DNA of 63,581 bases, the filler included, from Dugesia japonica (Eukaryota), in NCBI GenBank assembly GCA_001938525.1. It is 6 parts of 6 records of this genome, joined end to end, with 100 filler letters (N's around TTAATTAATTAA, not from the genome) between each part and the next. Parts side by side here need not be neighbours in the genome. Positions count along the whole stretch, not along the records: positions 20,293 to 32,340 come from MQRL01640938.1; positions 32,441 to 41,387 come from MQRL01451091.1; 4 more parts are not named here. The stretch is one strand, 5' to 3'. Position 1 is the stretch's first letter, and each line of letters begins with the position of its first letter. This document shows positions 27,371 through 39,739 of the stretch, in pieces. The notes beneath the pieces were generated by a model. That model was not told the DNA's origin and ran no database searches. It saw only the letters and a list, made by a program, of their open reading frames with translations. The position numbers and the translations under genes are program-made.

Positions 27371-28053
27371 GATAATAAAAAGTAATTCATATTTATAATA
27401 ATGGCTAATTCATAATATTGTCGGTCATTATTTATGAAATACTGCATGAGTTGTTATATATGGTGAAAAACTTTGAATTTCATCTCATATTCGATCAATT
27501 CAATTTATTTATATAATTACGGATGGTCAATACTCGCCAATAACTGATATCAATTTGATGTTTAATACCATGTCGATCATACTTTCGTTACTTTAAGACA
27601 AAAATATTTGTGAATATTTGCTCGTTAATAACTACACTATTTTGATTGGCAGACATGCAATCAATTGTCTCAATCATCAAAGTCGTCTATAACTTATTCA
27701 AGTAATAATTCCTTTAAAATCATCTAAAACCTTTAACCAAATCTGAAACATTATATTTAATGAATGCTCAACTTTGTGATTGTAATGATTGGTCCCCCTG
27801 CTTAATCCTAGATTTTCTTATCAACCAGTAAAAATGTATTAAACATATATTTAACAATGCTTAATTAGATATCTAAGGTTCAATTAGATTATATGTAATA
27901 TAAAATGATGAGTGATTAAAACCAGGATTATAAATTATATTATAATGAACACATAATATACGATTCAATTAAATTAAAATAAATAAATGACAAAAAATAA
28001 GAATGAACTAAATGATAAATCAATTAAGAATAAACTAAATAATATTACTAGGT

Positions 28054-28510
28054 CAGTGATCGGCAAACTTTTTAGCAAAAGAGCCAAATATGAACACTGC
28101 AACAATTTTTAAAAAAATTGGGAGCCAAATCTGCTTGTTTAGTAAAATTTTATTACATAAAATAAGTATTACACTAAATAAAACTAAATTTCACACTTAA
28201 TAATATGTATTAATGCGAAAAATGTGCTTGCATCTCCTTTGAAAGTTTGAGTAAGTCAGGTTTCTATGTCGTTGTTTTTAATTTTAGGCATCATTCCAAG
28301 TTCTTATCAATAAGATGACTTCTCAGTTTACTCTTGATAATGTTCATGTTTGAAAACGATTTTTTGCATAAATAAGTAGAACCGAAAAGGGAAAGAACAG
28401 CTAACGTGAGCTTTTTATTATTGCACCCTCAGTGAATATTTGTTTCAGAGCCGCACTTAAAGAACCAAAGAGCCACATGCGGCTCTGGAGGCGCATTTTG
28501 CCGACCACTG
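28054..28510 (-). mobile_element. Non-autonomous hAT (Charlie/Buster-type) element, 457 bp
   Basis: TIRs CAGTG(A/G)TCGGCAAA; perfect 8-bp TSD TACTAGGT (28046-28053, 28511-28518); retains transposase C-terminus FGSTYLC..SFSNMNIIKSKLRS...QAHFSH. Confidence 0.92.
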
Positions 28511-30246
28511 TACTAGGTAATAATAAGATAATAACCAAGTGCTAAACTTCCGCAGTAAAGTGGAAGCAAATAATATTCAATAAATAAAATAGTATAAAAT
28601 ATTAAATGGTTAGGATCAATTATGTTTATATAATTTTTTAATAATAATATTATAACCGAAATAATAATCAAAATCAATTTAATTAATATGTTAAAAACCC
28701 AGTAGTGCATGTTTATTTGTGTGATGCTCCATATTATTCATAAAATTACAAAATTAGGATTTTTTTATTATAAGTTTTAAAATTTCAATTAATAAATTAA
28801 AAAAAAAACATTGTCTTTTTGTATGTTGGTTTGTTTGTGTGATACTCAAAATTTTTAATTTAAACCTCTGAATTAATTATACTGATGTATATTTATTTTA
28901 AAACTTTATTAAAGATTAAAAATTTAAAAGACATAATGAATATCAATCAGAAAATGACCAAGAAAGTATACAAAAATTGGCAACTTCAAACTTTCAATGA
29001 AATTAAGATATTATGTTTGTAGAGTATGTTTGTTTGTGCATGATGTTCAAAATTAAAATTTTAAACTGAAGTTAAAAGACAAAAACATGAAGATTGAACA
29101 TGGTTAAGCTACTTTCTTAAGTAATGGATGTGTCTATAAGACGTGTGATTGGTGGAAAAATTAAAGTGAACATGTAGAACGTTGAATAACAGGAAGAAAA
29201 AGAGTTGGCGGAAGGCGTTGATATAGAGCAAAATGAGATTTTTTGAGTATGTCCTGTGCTACCGAACGAATGAGATAAAAAAATGAGATGCCTAAAAGAT
29301 ATGTGGTTGGTGGGAACCCTATTAGCAGATCTCATATACATGCCACATCAACAGTAAGTATATATCTTCATAATGATGCATAAATAAAATTTAATCAAAA
29401 AAATTCGATAAATTTTTTTTTCTACGCACATTCTTTCATCACGGCACAGGCTTGCCTCTTATAAACACATACTAGGTATTTTCATTAATAAATTATGAAT
29501 AATTAAAGATGGCAGATGACAAAAATGAGCATCGAATATTGATCAGATATTGCTGGAAATGCCAACCTTCAACAAAAGATAGAAAAATGTGATATCAGAA
29601 AGTGGTGAATAATTATGGACTGTACTTTGAATAGCTGTTATTGTTTTAAAATTCAATAAACTATTCTTTTTATTGTTTTGCAACTATAAAAAAACTTTTG
29701 GGATAACCTAATGTGTTTTCCAATTAACGGAAATTAATAAATTCATGAAATGAAATATATTTACTCAACCATGTAATTAAAGAAAAGGAAATTTAAATAT
29801 TTATGGCAATTGATTAAAATAAATCACAAGTTGAGTACCTTTTATAAAATCAATTTTATAAATACGGAAAGTAAATAATTGTACACAAAATTTAATATAA
29901 ATGATTAATAGATTAATATTTCTTCTTAATCTGATGCTTTAAATAAGTTGATTAAATTAAAAGTCTATTACATAGAAGCAGCATATCTGATTTTATATTA
30001 TCTGATGGCAGTAATCGCAATTTATCCTGAGAGTTGATATTAAATAATTAACGTTGAAGATTTTGAACGGATTCATCAATTTAGTTTACTTGACCGTTGA
30101 TAAGAGATTAATTGAATTGATTAAACAACTTTATTCCGACATTCAATAATTACTTAAGAAATTAAACTGCAGCAATTAAATCAATTAGTAGTATATTTAA
30201 AGTGAGATTGAAACATTAAATTTTGCAAAATGACGAATGAAATGAA

Positions 30247-31400
30247 CAGGGCTTTAGAGCAGTCAAATTTTTTTATGGTGCTACGCTACACATCCGCTCC
30301 GTCACTACAACTAGGCTCCGCTCCATGCTTCAAAGACAATTCATAAAAAATTACACATCCAGAAAATTTGAAAGAAAAAGGTTTTTTTTACTGTAAATTA
30401 ACTAAATAAACTTTATTTAAAGTTGTTACATATATGTACTAATTACACACAAACGATTTCAACTTTCGTTATTTATTCTATAAAATACAACTGCTGAGAT
30501 TAAGCCTTCTTTCATTTTTAATTTTGTTTTATTATTAATTTTAGAGCTTAAAATAGTCTCTCGATACTTGCTTGAGTAGTGAGCATACTGGATGCAACTC
30601 GACATGCATCTTGAATTCGTTCCGGATAATTATAAATTGCCTTGAAGACTGACTTAATTTTGAGCCTACCCATGCCCTCCATGATTTCACAATCTTCATA
30701 AAAAATGGTTCAAACTCTTCTTCGTTGGAATTATGTTTTTCTGAGATTTTTCGTCATTTTTCCTGCCTATCTAGCTCTTTCTCAAAATCATTCTCTTTTG
30801 AAGAATTTAAGCCTACGTCAGTGGTATAATTATTTACTTATCTATCTGATTCAACCGTTACTAATTTTTTTATTGAAATGTCGAATAATATTTTGTTTCT
30901 CAAGCCTTTGGGCGATATCTAAGAGTCCTTTTTAGCTTTTAATTTTTGCAATGAACTTAGTAAAATCCTATAGCGAGGATCGACATAAACTCCAGCAAAA
31001 ATGCGTGTTTTTAAAAAGATTCTCTTCGTGTTTTCGCATGTAGGATACCATTTCGAATGCAAATTAGACTCGTACTTTCTTGCTTAAATTTATTTAAACA
31101 ATTTAATAAATCGATTTAAATGAATAAATAAGTTGACCAAATTTTTATTTTCGGCTTTTTTCCGACAAAACATAAACCATAATCTCAAAATCCATAAACA
31201 CTCAAAATTAAATAAAACTAAATAACATCAAAGCAAAAAATGGAATAGATTTTTAGATACGTACGCAATGTATGTATGTAGTAGTTTAGTATATTTACTT
31301 TAGTAAATTTAGTAAATCTATTACAAAATGTATTTTTTAATAAACTGGAGCAGTAGAGCAATCAAATTTATTGTGCTCCGGGCTCCACTCCAAAGCCCTG
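30247..31400 (-). mobile_element. Internally deleted hAT element, ~1.15 kb
   Basis: CAGGGCTTT...AAAGCCCTG TIRs; 7/8 TSD (GAAATGAA/GAAATGAG); subterminal GCTCCG repeats; dimerisation motif TTQASIERLF*ALK on the minus strand. Confidence 0.88.
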
Positions 31401-32440
31401 GAAATGAGCAAATAGTAATTCATCATATCAAATTAACTAGAACCTATCAAAATTGTGTACTTATTACTTAACCCTTAAATGCATGAATTGTTATTTTTAA
31501 TTAATGAAAATTTGAAATCAACCAACAACGAAAATGGTCATAGATAAAAGAATTAACTGTCAAAAATTCTGGTTACGTTCGGAAACGATAAAAAGGTTTT
31601 AAAAAAATAAAAAAAACCCTGTGCAAAGGTTGCCACATAAAGAGATTTGAGGTTTTAAAGATCGCTATACATTTAAAGGTTCGACAAGTTAAAATAGTAA
31701 GTATTTAGACTAAAATACAAGAATCGGTATAATGATTAAATATGCAATTGTAATGAGGAAGTGAATAATCGGCGAGATATCCGATTTTTAATTATATTTT
31801 AACCCTATTAATCAATACATCTTTCTGTATTATTTAGCAAAAGTATTAATATTTTTATTACATGTATCATTGATTTCTTAATGAAGATATTAAGTAATTT
31901 CACCGACAAGGTCTATTTTCAAATAGATAACGATTAATATAGCACTAAAATTTGTTTTTATTTCTAATTAAAATAGTTCTTAATCAACAAAGTTTTAACG
32001 AAATTTTCCAATATAAACCACAGAGAGAAAAGTTTAGAAATTTACAAAAAAAATATTTTTATAAGCCGCATTTTCAACACACTTTTCCTCTATCCAGTCG
32101 ATTCAAATGGCGGGAAAACAAAATAATGGAAAAATTTTATAAATAATAAAGAAATTAATTCATTCCGTTAATCTTATATAAATTATTTAATTTTTTGTGT
32201 AATCATTTTATTTTTAACATTACTTTTTACTAATTAAGCAACTCTATTTATTGTCTATAATTTCAATGGTAATATTTATTGAGGCAGAAAAAAGATAATT
32301 CAAACAATAATTAAATTTATTAACAACTACTTAAGCAATCNNNNNNNNNNNNNNNNNNNNNNNNNNNNNNNNNNNNNNNNNNNNTTAATTAATTAANNNN
32401 NNNNNNNNNNNNNNNNNNNNNNNNNNNNNNNNNNNNNNNN

Positions 32441-32597
32441 AAGTAACCCCAAATTAAGTACTATTACCTAATGATGCAATTTATGATGCAATTTTTAAAT
32501 TCCCAACTAAATACGTTAGGATTAAATTTCGTTACGTCACGGCGGGAGGATGGTTACTGAATGTGTGCGTGGTGCGGTCCGCCACTATCTATCTACT
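32441..32597 (-). mobile_element. Polinton/Maverick-type terminus (rest of the element lost at the contig edge)
   Basis: Ends CGCCACTATCTATCTACT (reverse complement AGTAGATAGATAGTGGCG), near-identical to the termini at 41000 and 49230. Confidence 0.6.
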
Positions 32598-34328
32598 AAG
32601 GTCAAAGTCATATAGTATTCTGCGTTCTATTTGGTTGATTTGTTTCAAGATCAAAGTGTCATAGTATCCTGTGATCTGATTGGTTGATTTGTTTTCAGAT
32701 AATATTGATATAGTATCATGCAATATGATTGATCGATTTATATTAAGGTCAAAGTGATTTAGTATCCTGCGTTATGATTGGTTGAAGCCTTCCAAGGTCA
32801 AAGTGATTTAGTATCTTGTGATCTGATTGAACGATATGTTTCAAGGTTAAAGTGATATAGTATCATGTGATATGTTGGTTGATGTGTTTCAAGGTCAATG
32901 TGATATAGTATCCTGCGATCTGATTAGTCAATTTGTTTCAATGTCAAAGTGATAATGTATCATGCGTTATGATTGGTCGAAGCCTTTCAATCTCAAACTG
33001 ATATAGGATCCTGCGATTTGATTAGTCGATTGGTTTCAAGATCAAAATGATATTGTATCCTACGTTCTGACTTGTCACTACATTTCAAGGTCAACGTTAT
33101 ATAGTATCCTGCGTTCTGATTGTTCGACGTGTTTTAAGGTTAAAGTGATATAATTTGATGCGATAGGATTAGTTATTTAAATTCAAGGTCAAAGTAACAT
33201 AGTATCCTACGTTCTGATTGATAGATGTTTTTCAATGTCAAAATGATGTAGTATCTTGTGTTCTGATTGGTAGATTTGTTTCAGGGTCAAAATGATATTG
33301 TATCAAACTATATGATTTATCGATTTATATCAAGGTCAAAGTGATTTAGTATCATGCGTTATGATTGGTCGAAGTCTTTCAAGATCAAAGTGATATAGTA
33401 TCATGCGATATGGTTGTTGAAGTGTTTCATGGTCAAAGTGTTAAAGTATCATGCCATCTGATTGATCGATGCGTTTCAAAGTCAAAGTGATCTAGTATCA
33501 TGCGTTCAGACTGGTCGATGTTTTTCAATGTCAAAATAAAAAGTATGCTGCGTTCTCATTGGTCAATTTGTTTCAAGGTCAAATTAATATAGTATCCTTC
33601 GATCTGATTGGTCAATTTGTTTCAAGGTCAAAGTGATGTAGTATTCTGTGAACTGATTGGTCGATGTGTTTCAAAATCAAAGTGATATAGTATCATGCGA
33701 TATGATTGTTGAATTGTTTCAATGTCAAAGTGATATAGTTTCTTGTGTTCTGATTAGTAGATTTGTTTCAGGGTCAAAATGATATTGTATCAAACGATAT
33801 AATTGATCGATTTATATCAAGGTCAAAGTGATTTAGTATCATGAGTTCTGATTGTTCGACGTGTTTTAAGGTTAAAGTGATATGATATTATGCGATATGA
33901 TTGGTTATTTAAATTCAAGGTCAAAGTCATATAGTATCCTGAGTTCTGATTGGTCGCTTTGTTTCAAGATCAAAGTGTTATAGTATCCTACGTTCTGATT
34001 GATAAATGTTTTTCAATGTCAAAATGATGTAGTATCTTGTGTTCTGATTGGTAGATTTGTTTCAAAGTCAAAGTGATATTGTATCATGCTGTATGATTAT
34101 CGATTTATTTCATCGTAAAATTGATATTGAATCTTGCGTTATGATTGGTCGAAGTCTTTCAATGTCAAAGTGATATATTATCTGGCGATCTGATTGGTCG
34201 ATTTCTTTCAACATCAAAGTGATATAATGTCTTGCGATATGATTGTTAAAGTGTTTCAAGGTCAAAGTGTCAAAGTATCATGCGATATGATTGATAGATT
34301 TTTTCCAAGGTCAAGGTGATATAGTATA
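32598..34328. repeat. 49-bp satellite, ~35 diverged copies
   Basis: Consensus TCAAGGTCAAAGTGATATAGTATCCTGCGATCTGATTGGTCGATTTGTT repeated head-to-tail without spacers. Confidence 0.95.
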
Positions 34329-35263
34329 TTGAGTAGAGAAAAACAGAAATCGAGTTGATGTAGTTAGAAATTGCGCGAGAGTTACGAATCGAAATTATCA
34401 GAAATTGATAAATCATACAGTGAATAGACATGTAGAACAAAGAAAGGAAGAACAAAATATCGAATTCTGGTCTTGTCATAAGATCGGTCATGAGTAGTGT
34501 ATAAATGGCGTTTTCCCAACAAGGTTGTATCCCTTCCTTCACATACATGTTTGTTATGGGAAAAAATAGTGTATAGTGAATATAAATAAACCGCTTCTCG
34601 GGAAAACGCCATTTATACACTACTTGTGTTGATGGTTTAATTTCTAGATTTAGATTTTTTTATCTTTAGAAAAATAGAAATATGAATGCTAACTCAAACA
34701 GAAAAACAAATAAAATAATAAGTAGCTAAAAGTTGAATATTTTATTTTTTAAATAAAGTAGCGTGTAGAATATTTTATTTTTCTATTTATATTTGCAAAT
34801 ATGTTTTTAATTAAATTAATAAAAAGATAAAATATTTATTAATTAAATTTTATAAATTTATAAACGGAAAAATGTTTATCTATATTGTCATATAAAAAAA
34901 TTCTAAAATAAATTAACTTAAAAATTTTTTATGTTAGTAACTTTGTTATTATCTTTTTAGGAAAATGTTGCATTTATATAAAGAATGTTTATAATTATTA
35001 GGAAAGTAGATTGAAGTAGCGGTATCCTATGAATATATACTTTCTCAAAACTCACTCCTGAAGCTTGGTATTGACAAGACGAAAATTTAAGCACCTTGTT
35101 AAAGGAGTTTATGATTCTGATTTGCGTGTTTACTGTCACACAAATGACTTGCATGTAAATTAGATGATTAACAATGCATGAGATGGTGAAGAACCGGTTA
35201 TAAAAATAATAAATAAATTGGAGTTTTGCTATTTTTAATTTTATTATTTTTTATTATTAGAAA

Positions 35264-35541
35264 ATGGAAACAACAAAAATTAATCTTGACAATAATATTA
35301 ATTTCAATACTTATATTTGAAAAATGATGATTTAAGAATTTTACCCTCATCTGGAACAATTAATAATTTAATGTCTTCTGGAGATATAACTTTTCAATCT
35401 TTGCAATCATCCAACCCATTGGATATTTGTAGTTCAATGTTGTATATTAAAGTTAAATTAGAATTTGGTGCAGCTGATGCTCACAAAAATAAAATAACTG
35501 TAGAAAATAATTGGTTTCCAAGTTTATTTAAAACAATGGTA
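35264..35541 (+). pseudogene. Polinton major capsid protein (double jelly-roll), N-terminal fragment
   Basis: ILPSSGTINNLMSSGDITF...LDICSSMLYIKVKL...ITVENNWFPSLF follows the Polinton/adintovirus hexon N-terminal pattern; truncated at short AATAGTAATCG repeats. Confidence 0.7.
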
Positions 35542-35655
35542 TAGTAATCGAATCGTAATGGAATAGTAATGGAATAGTAATCGTATTGTATAGTAGTCGA
35601 ATAGTAATCGTATCATACAGTAATCGAATAGTATGGTAAAAGTTTTATTAAAAAA

Positions 35656-35871
35656 ATGGTTAGTCAAGAAATAACGCAAAGTGATTTGTATAAACTCTTA
35701 AAAATTTATAACTTTTTAGAAAACCCTATTTCAAGGTTTTGTGAACAAAATAATGTAAGTGAAAAAACAGTAACAAAATATTTAAAAGAATTTAATATTC
35801 AATATAATAGAAAAAACATTAAATTTTCTGAAAGAGATGCTTTTTTATTGGACAATATAAATCTTTATTAA
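35656..35871 (+). CDS. Small helix-turn-helix-like ORF inside element A
   Basis: PISRFCEQNNVSEKTVTKYLKEFNI fits an HTH pattern. Confidence 0.45.
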   Translation: MVSQEITQSDLYKLLKIYNFLENPISRFCEQNNVSEKTVTKYLKEFNIQYNRKNIKFSERDAFLLDNINLY

Positions 35872-36177
35872 AACGTTTTGATAAAAAACCCAACGGGTCC
35901 CATCAACAAAATCAAAATCCTATCAGACCTATTCAAAATCCAATTCCTAAACCACAGAATCAAAAAACCTAATATTGATTATCGCGCAATGAATGATTCT
36001 GATTTTTTAAAATGTGTTGAAAATACTATTCGAAAGAAATTATAACGTATCATTTTATCACTAATGAAAATGGCCAGTAAAAAATCCAATGATAATCCCA
36101 ACGGGTCCCATCCTAAAGGGTCCTATAAAGTAGAATAAGTTTTGGATATAAATACTTTATATAGATTTTATATCTAG

Positions 36178-36461
36178 ATTACATTTTGTTGTTGATTGAT
36201 CTGGTGTAACTTCTATTCTATAATTTTTAATTTATTAGATTTTTCTTTAATTTCATAAGCTCCTGGTTCAATTGTTTTAAGTTCTTCTTTCTGTTCTGCT
36301 TTGAAAGTAAAAGTATCTTTTTTATTAGTAACATTAAAAATAATATTATAACAACTAAAACATAATAATCCCATTTCATAATCTAAATCTTATTCTAATA
36401 GAAATTTTAAATCAACTTTTAAATCGCTTTCTTTACCAACAACTAAAAATTGATGAGACAT
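36178..36461 (-). pseudogene. Polinton minor capsid protein (penton), N-terminal fragment
   Basis: MSHQFLVVGKESDLKV...DYEMGLLCFSCYNIIFNVT...KTIEPGAYEI matches the penton YExGL..F..YNSIPNV and IPxGSYEI motifs. Confidence 0.75.
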
Positions 36462-36495
36462 TTTCTTTAGGTAAAGTATTTATTCTTATATACAT

Positions 36496-37310
36496 TTAAT
36501 TTTTAGTAATTAGTTCTAGCTTTAATAATTCTTTACAAACAGATTTAATTTCTTTGTCTAAATTATTATGACCGGCTTTTACAGCCGAAATTAATAATGT
36601 TAATCTTTCAAATAAAGAAAGTCTGTCAACATACTTTAAACCTTCACCTATAATGGGGTCCTTTGGGATATCTTCTTTTCCAATTAAAATGGGGACTTTT
36701 GGGATTTCTTTTTCACTATCAACACCTTTTTTAAGTTTTTGGTATTTTTGCTGTTCGCTTGTGCTCAGGACTGGAAGTAGCTTCTTTTTTCGCAGTTAAT
36801 AAATCGCGATGTTTAGAATTAGTAGGAAATGTAATATTTAATTTATTTAAATAAATATCTTTTACTTCTGGATCATTACTTCCATTTCCCAAAATTAAAT
36901 TCATTACTTCTTCAGAATATAGTATTACGTTTTCTTTAGATAAAAAGTATTTTTTCCCATTTTTTTCAAATAAATATAATTCTTGGGCCCCCTGGAATTA
37001 GGATCAATTATTTTTTGAAAGTTTTTATTATCAATATTTTCTATTTTAAATGTGGGTGTAATAATTGGAGATAAAGTTTTAATATTTTATTAATTTTAGG
37101 AAAGTATGGTATTCTTTTTTCAAATGAATTTGTAGATATTTTACCTAATTTTTCAATAGCTTTAATAGTAGGTTGTTGCTGAACAGTTAAATCAGCTTGT
37201 AAAGTTCTTGATTCAATTACATTACCAGTAAATAAATTATCATAATTATCTTGAGCTTTAATTAAATCTTTCAAAAGTTTCATTGTTTCTGTTATTTGTT
37301 CACTATCCAT
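36496..37310 (-). pseudogene. Conserved Polinton protein with C-terminal RLxLLxxSxxAGN motif, frameshifted
   Basis: C-terminus GEGLKYV...LFERLTLLISAVKAGHNNLDKEIKSVCKELL; N-terminus is ORF 37041-37328. Confidence 0.65.
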
Positions 37311-37312
37311 TT

Positions 37313-37753
37313 TTAAAATAATTATCATAAGGTTTTAAATACAAACCATCACCTTTTATTTTAACCTGAATTCCATTTTTAAAGTTTTTAGTAATCATTT
37401 TCAGTTCTGAATTATCTAAACTACTTTTTAAATATTTATGAATTGAACTTCCTTGATAAGTTTTTAAGTAAAGACCAGATCCGGAACTAGTTTTATGGAG
37501 CTCTTTAGGATTTTCAAGTTCTTTTTTATTTACTTCTAATTTATTTTCTAAATCTTTTTTTCTGTAATTTAACTAATTCAATTTCTTTTAATTTTTTGAT
37601 GGCATCTCTAGAATTACTAACTGTACTTGCAACTGCACTAGCTGTACCAGCTACTGCAGCCGCAGCTCCAGCGGCAGTTGTTATTCCTGCAATTATAGCT
37701 GGTATTGCAGCTAGGAAAGTAAAACCATCTTCACGTTCTTTTCCTGTTGCCAT
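37313..37753 (-). pseudogene. Polinton Gly/Ala-rich amphipathic virion protein with GxGLYLKPY repeats
   Basis: EDGFTFLAAIPAIIAGITTAAGAAAAVAG..., then GSGLYLKTY and GDGLYLKPY, resembling adenain-type cleavage sites. Confidence 0.7.
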
Positions 37754-37899
37754 TTTCTTTTTTTATTTCTTCTTTAACTAGTTTCCCAATTCAATAGTTT
37801 TATCCATTAATTTTTATAGATTTAGATTTATTTGAATTTACTAAATCAATTAATTCTTGTTCTGAAACTGAAGACATTTTCTTTGTAAAAATAATATAC

Positions 37900-37990
37900 C
37901 TAAAATTATATTAATAAAGAAAAAGAAATGATATAAGATTTTAACATAAAGTTGAACCTAAAGTTTAAGTTGAAGTAGAATATCACAGTT
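37900..37990 (-). pseudogene. Possible adenain-like cysteine protease C-terminal remnant
   Basis: YSTST*TLGSTLC*NLISFLF resembles Q...SxxCGxxCxxFL and lies between the ATPase and the virion protein. Confidence 0.35.
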
Positions 37991-38025
37991 TTCCAGTGGG
38001 AAATTTTCACTCTTCAAATAAATTA

Positions 38026-38775
38026 TCAATTAGTTTTCCAGTGTAAATTAACTTCATAATCATAATCGATTTTACTAGAAAAAATGTTACTAAATAAATC
38101 ATAATAAACATTATCTTTATCAGTTTTATTTAATTTAAAAAATATAAAACAATTAGAATTATTTCTATTAGAGTTTTTATCTAAATGAAAATAAGTTTGA
38201 GAAATATAAATCACATTACAATTTACATGTCTTCCTCTAGTAAAATAACGTTTTTGTACTTCTTGATTTTTTTCATTAACAACTTCATCAAAAACTAAAA
38301 AATTACTTTTATCCTTAGATAATTTATCACAAGGAAAAATTTCATTTGCTTTATTACTTAGAATTACATTTATCATTCTTTGGTTTTTGATATGTCCCTT
38401 TGGGATTAAATATTTTTTTATATACCTTTCAATAACTAGTAATGGAGTAATTAAAGAATCTAAAATTTTATTTTGATGTTCAAAAATAAAAATGATATCT
38501 TCTTTTGTTAATCCATTTTCAAAACCATGATAAAGTAATTGTAATTCAAATTGCTTTTGATTAAAGTATCATAATCTAAAAACTTTGGAGTTAATAACAT
38601 TTTCATTAGTAAAACATTTTTACCTGATTCTGAAGAACCAATTATTAATAATTTAAATTAGATGGAAAGATTTTATTATTAAATATATTTTTATTCCAAA
38701 TTAACGCAGAAATTTTTATTAAATAAAAAAATTAAGAATAATCGGAAGTTATTTTTTCATCTAAAAATTCATGTA
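38026..38775 (-). pseudogene. A32/FtsK-like DNA packaging ATPase of element A
   Basis: Walker A LLIIGSSESGK, Walker B FLVFDE, arginine finger YFTRGRH and IYISQTYF; frameshifted. Confidence 0.88.
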
Positions 38776-39204
38776 TTTTTATTTCATCCTCCTAACCTAC
38801 CATACGTTTATCATTTATTTTATTTACAATTAGATTTAATATACCTATACTAAATGGATCCATANTTTTTAAATTTAAATTCTTAATATAATTGATTAAT
38901 ATTTCAATTTCTTTATCTAACATATCTCGAGGTTTTAAAAAACAAGTATCTAAAGTTATCCACCTCCAAAAGTATTCTGGTGGATTTCCTAAATTATTTC
39001 TTTTATCTATTGAGTTTATTTGGGCTTCTTTTTTTAATTCTTGTTTTTTTCTTTTTATTTGGTTCCTTTGAATTTGTTTATCAGTTTTAATTAATAAATC
39101 ACTTTTTATGGTTTCTTTTAATTCTTCTATTAATTTTTCTTTTAGTTCTTGTTTAAATTCATTTTTAATTCTTGTTTATCAGTTTTACTTAATTTTTCTT
39201 TTAA

Positions 39205-39420
39205 TTCGTCTTTACTATAAAATCTGCCTAGAATTTTTTCATTGTCTAAATCAGTAATTCCATAAGTAAAAGGTTTTGTATTATAAACTCGAGTAACTAC
39301 AAATATTTCATTTGTCCATTTGGCTGTAAAACATTTTTCAAATTTATATTTATATTTAAAGATTCTATCTAACTCTATCTCCTATTTCAAACTTTTGTTT
39401 TTCTTTTATAAAATGTTTCT
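39205..39420 (-). pseudogene. Polinton integrase C-terminal fragment
   Basis: KFEIGDRVR...KYKFEKCFTAKWTNEIFVV...PFTYGITDLDNEKILGRFY; catalytic core deleted up to the TIR. Confidence 0.82.
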
Positions 39421-39739
39421 ATTTTACTAAAGATAAAAAAATCTAAATCTAAAAATTAAACCATCAACCCAAGTAGTGTATAAATGGCGTTTTCCCGGGA
39501 AATTGTTTATTTATATTCACTATACACTATTTTTTCCCATAACAAACATGTATGTAAAGGAAGGGATACAACCTTGTTGGGAAAACGCCATTTATACACG
39601 ATTGTCATGTCATACGAGCGGTCATACTAAAGTAAATTGTCTTACAAAAACAGTAATAGAGTGCTGAAGTTGTCATAAAACAAGACATATAAGTCGAGAT
39701 TGCTCAATTAAATATCATTACTCAATCTACAATCTTTAA

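Larger units (their letters stand above)
34493..39603. mobile_element. Polinton/Maverick element A: complete, internally deleted 5111-bp derivative inserted in a Gypsy gag zinc-knuckle region
   Basis: ~190-bp TIRs (34493-34683 / 39413-39603), AGTAGT 5' end, 6-bp flanking direct repeat GTCATG (34487-34492, 39604-39609), internal capsid/ATPase/integrase remnants; flanks read WSCHKIGH and SCHTSGHTKVNC. Confidence 0.9.

Noticed and set aside
29470-29712. Mariner-like N-terminal peptide (EHRILIRYCWK) and a TIR-like end
   Set aside because: Too short, and the two ends do not match well enough to define an element
32598-34328. CRISPR-like array
   Set aside because: Units are contiguous and homologous along their whole length, with no unique spacers and no cas genes, in a eukaryotic context
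34270-34620. ORFs MYKWRFP... at 34270-34620 and 39476-39667 as a duplicated gene
   Set aside because: They are chance readings of the non-coding TIR on opposite strands
37596-37781. Ala-rich plus-strand ORF
   Set aside because: Antisense shadow of the Polinton virion protein at 37313-37753
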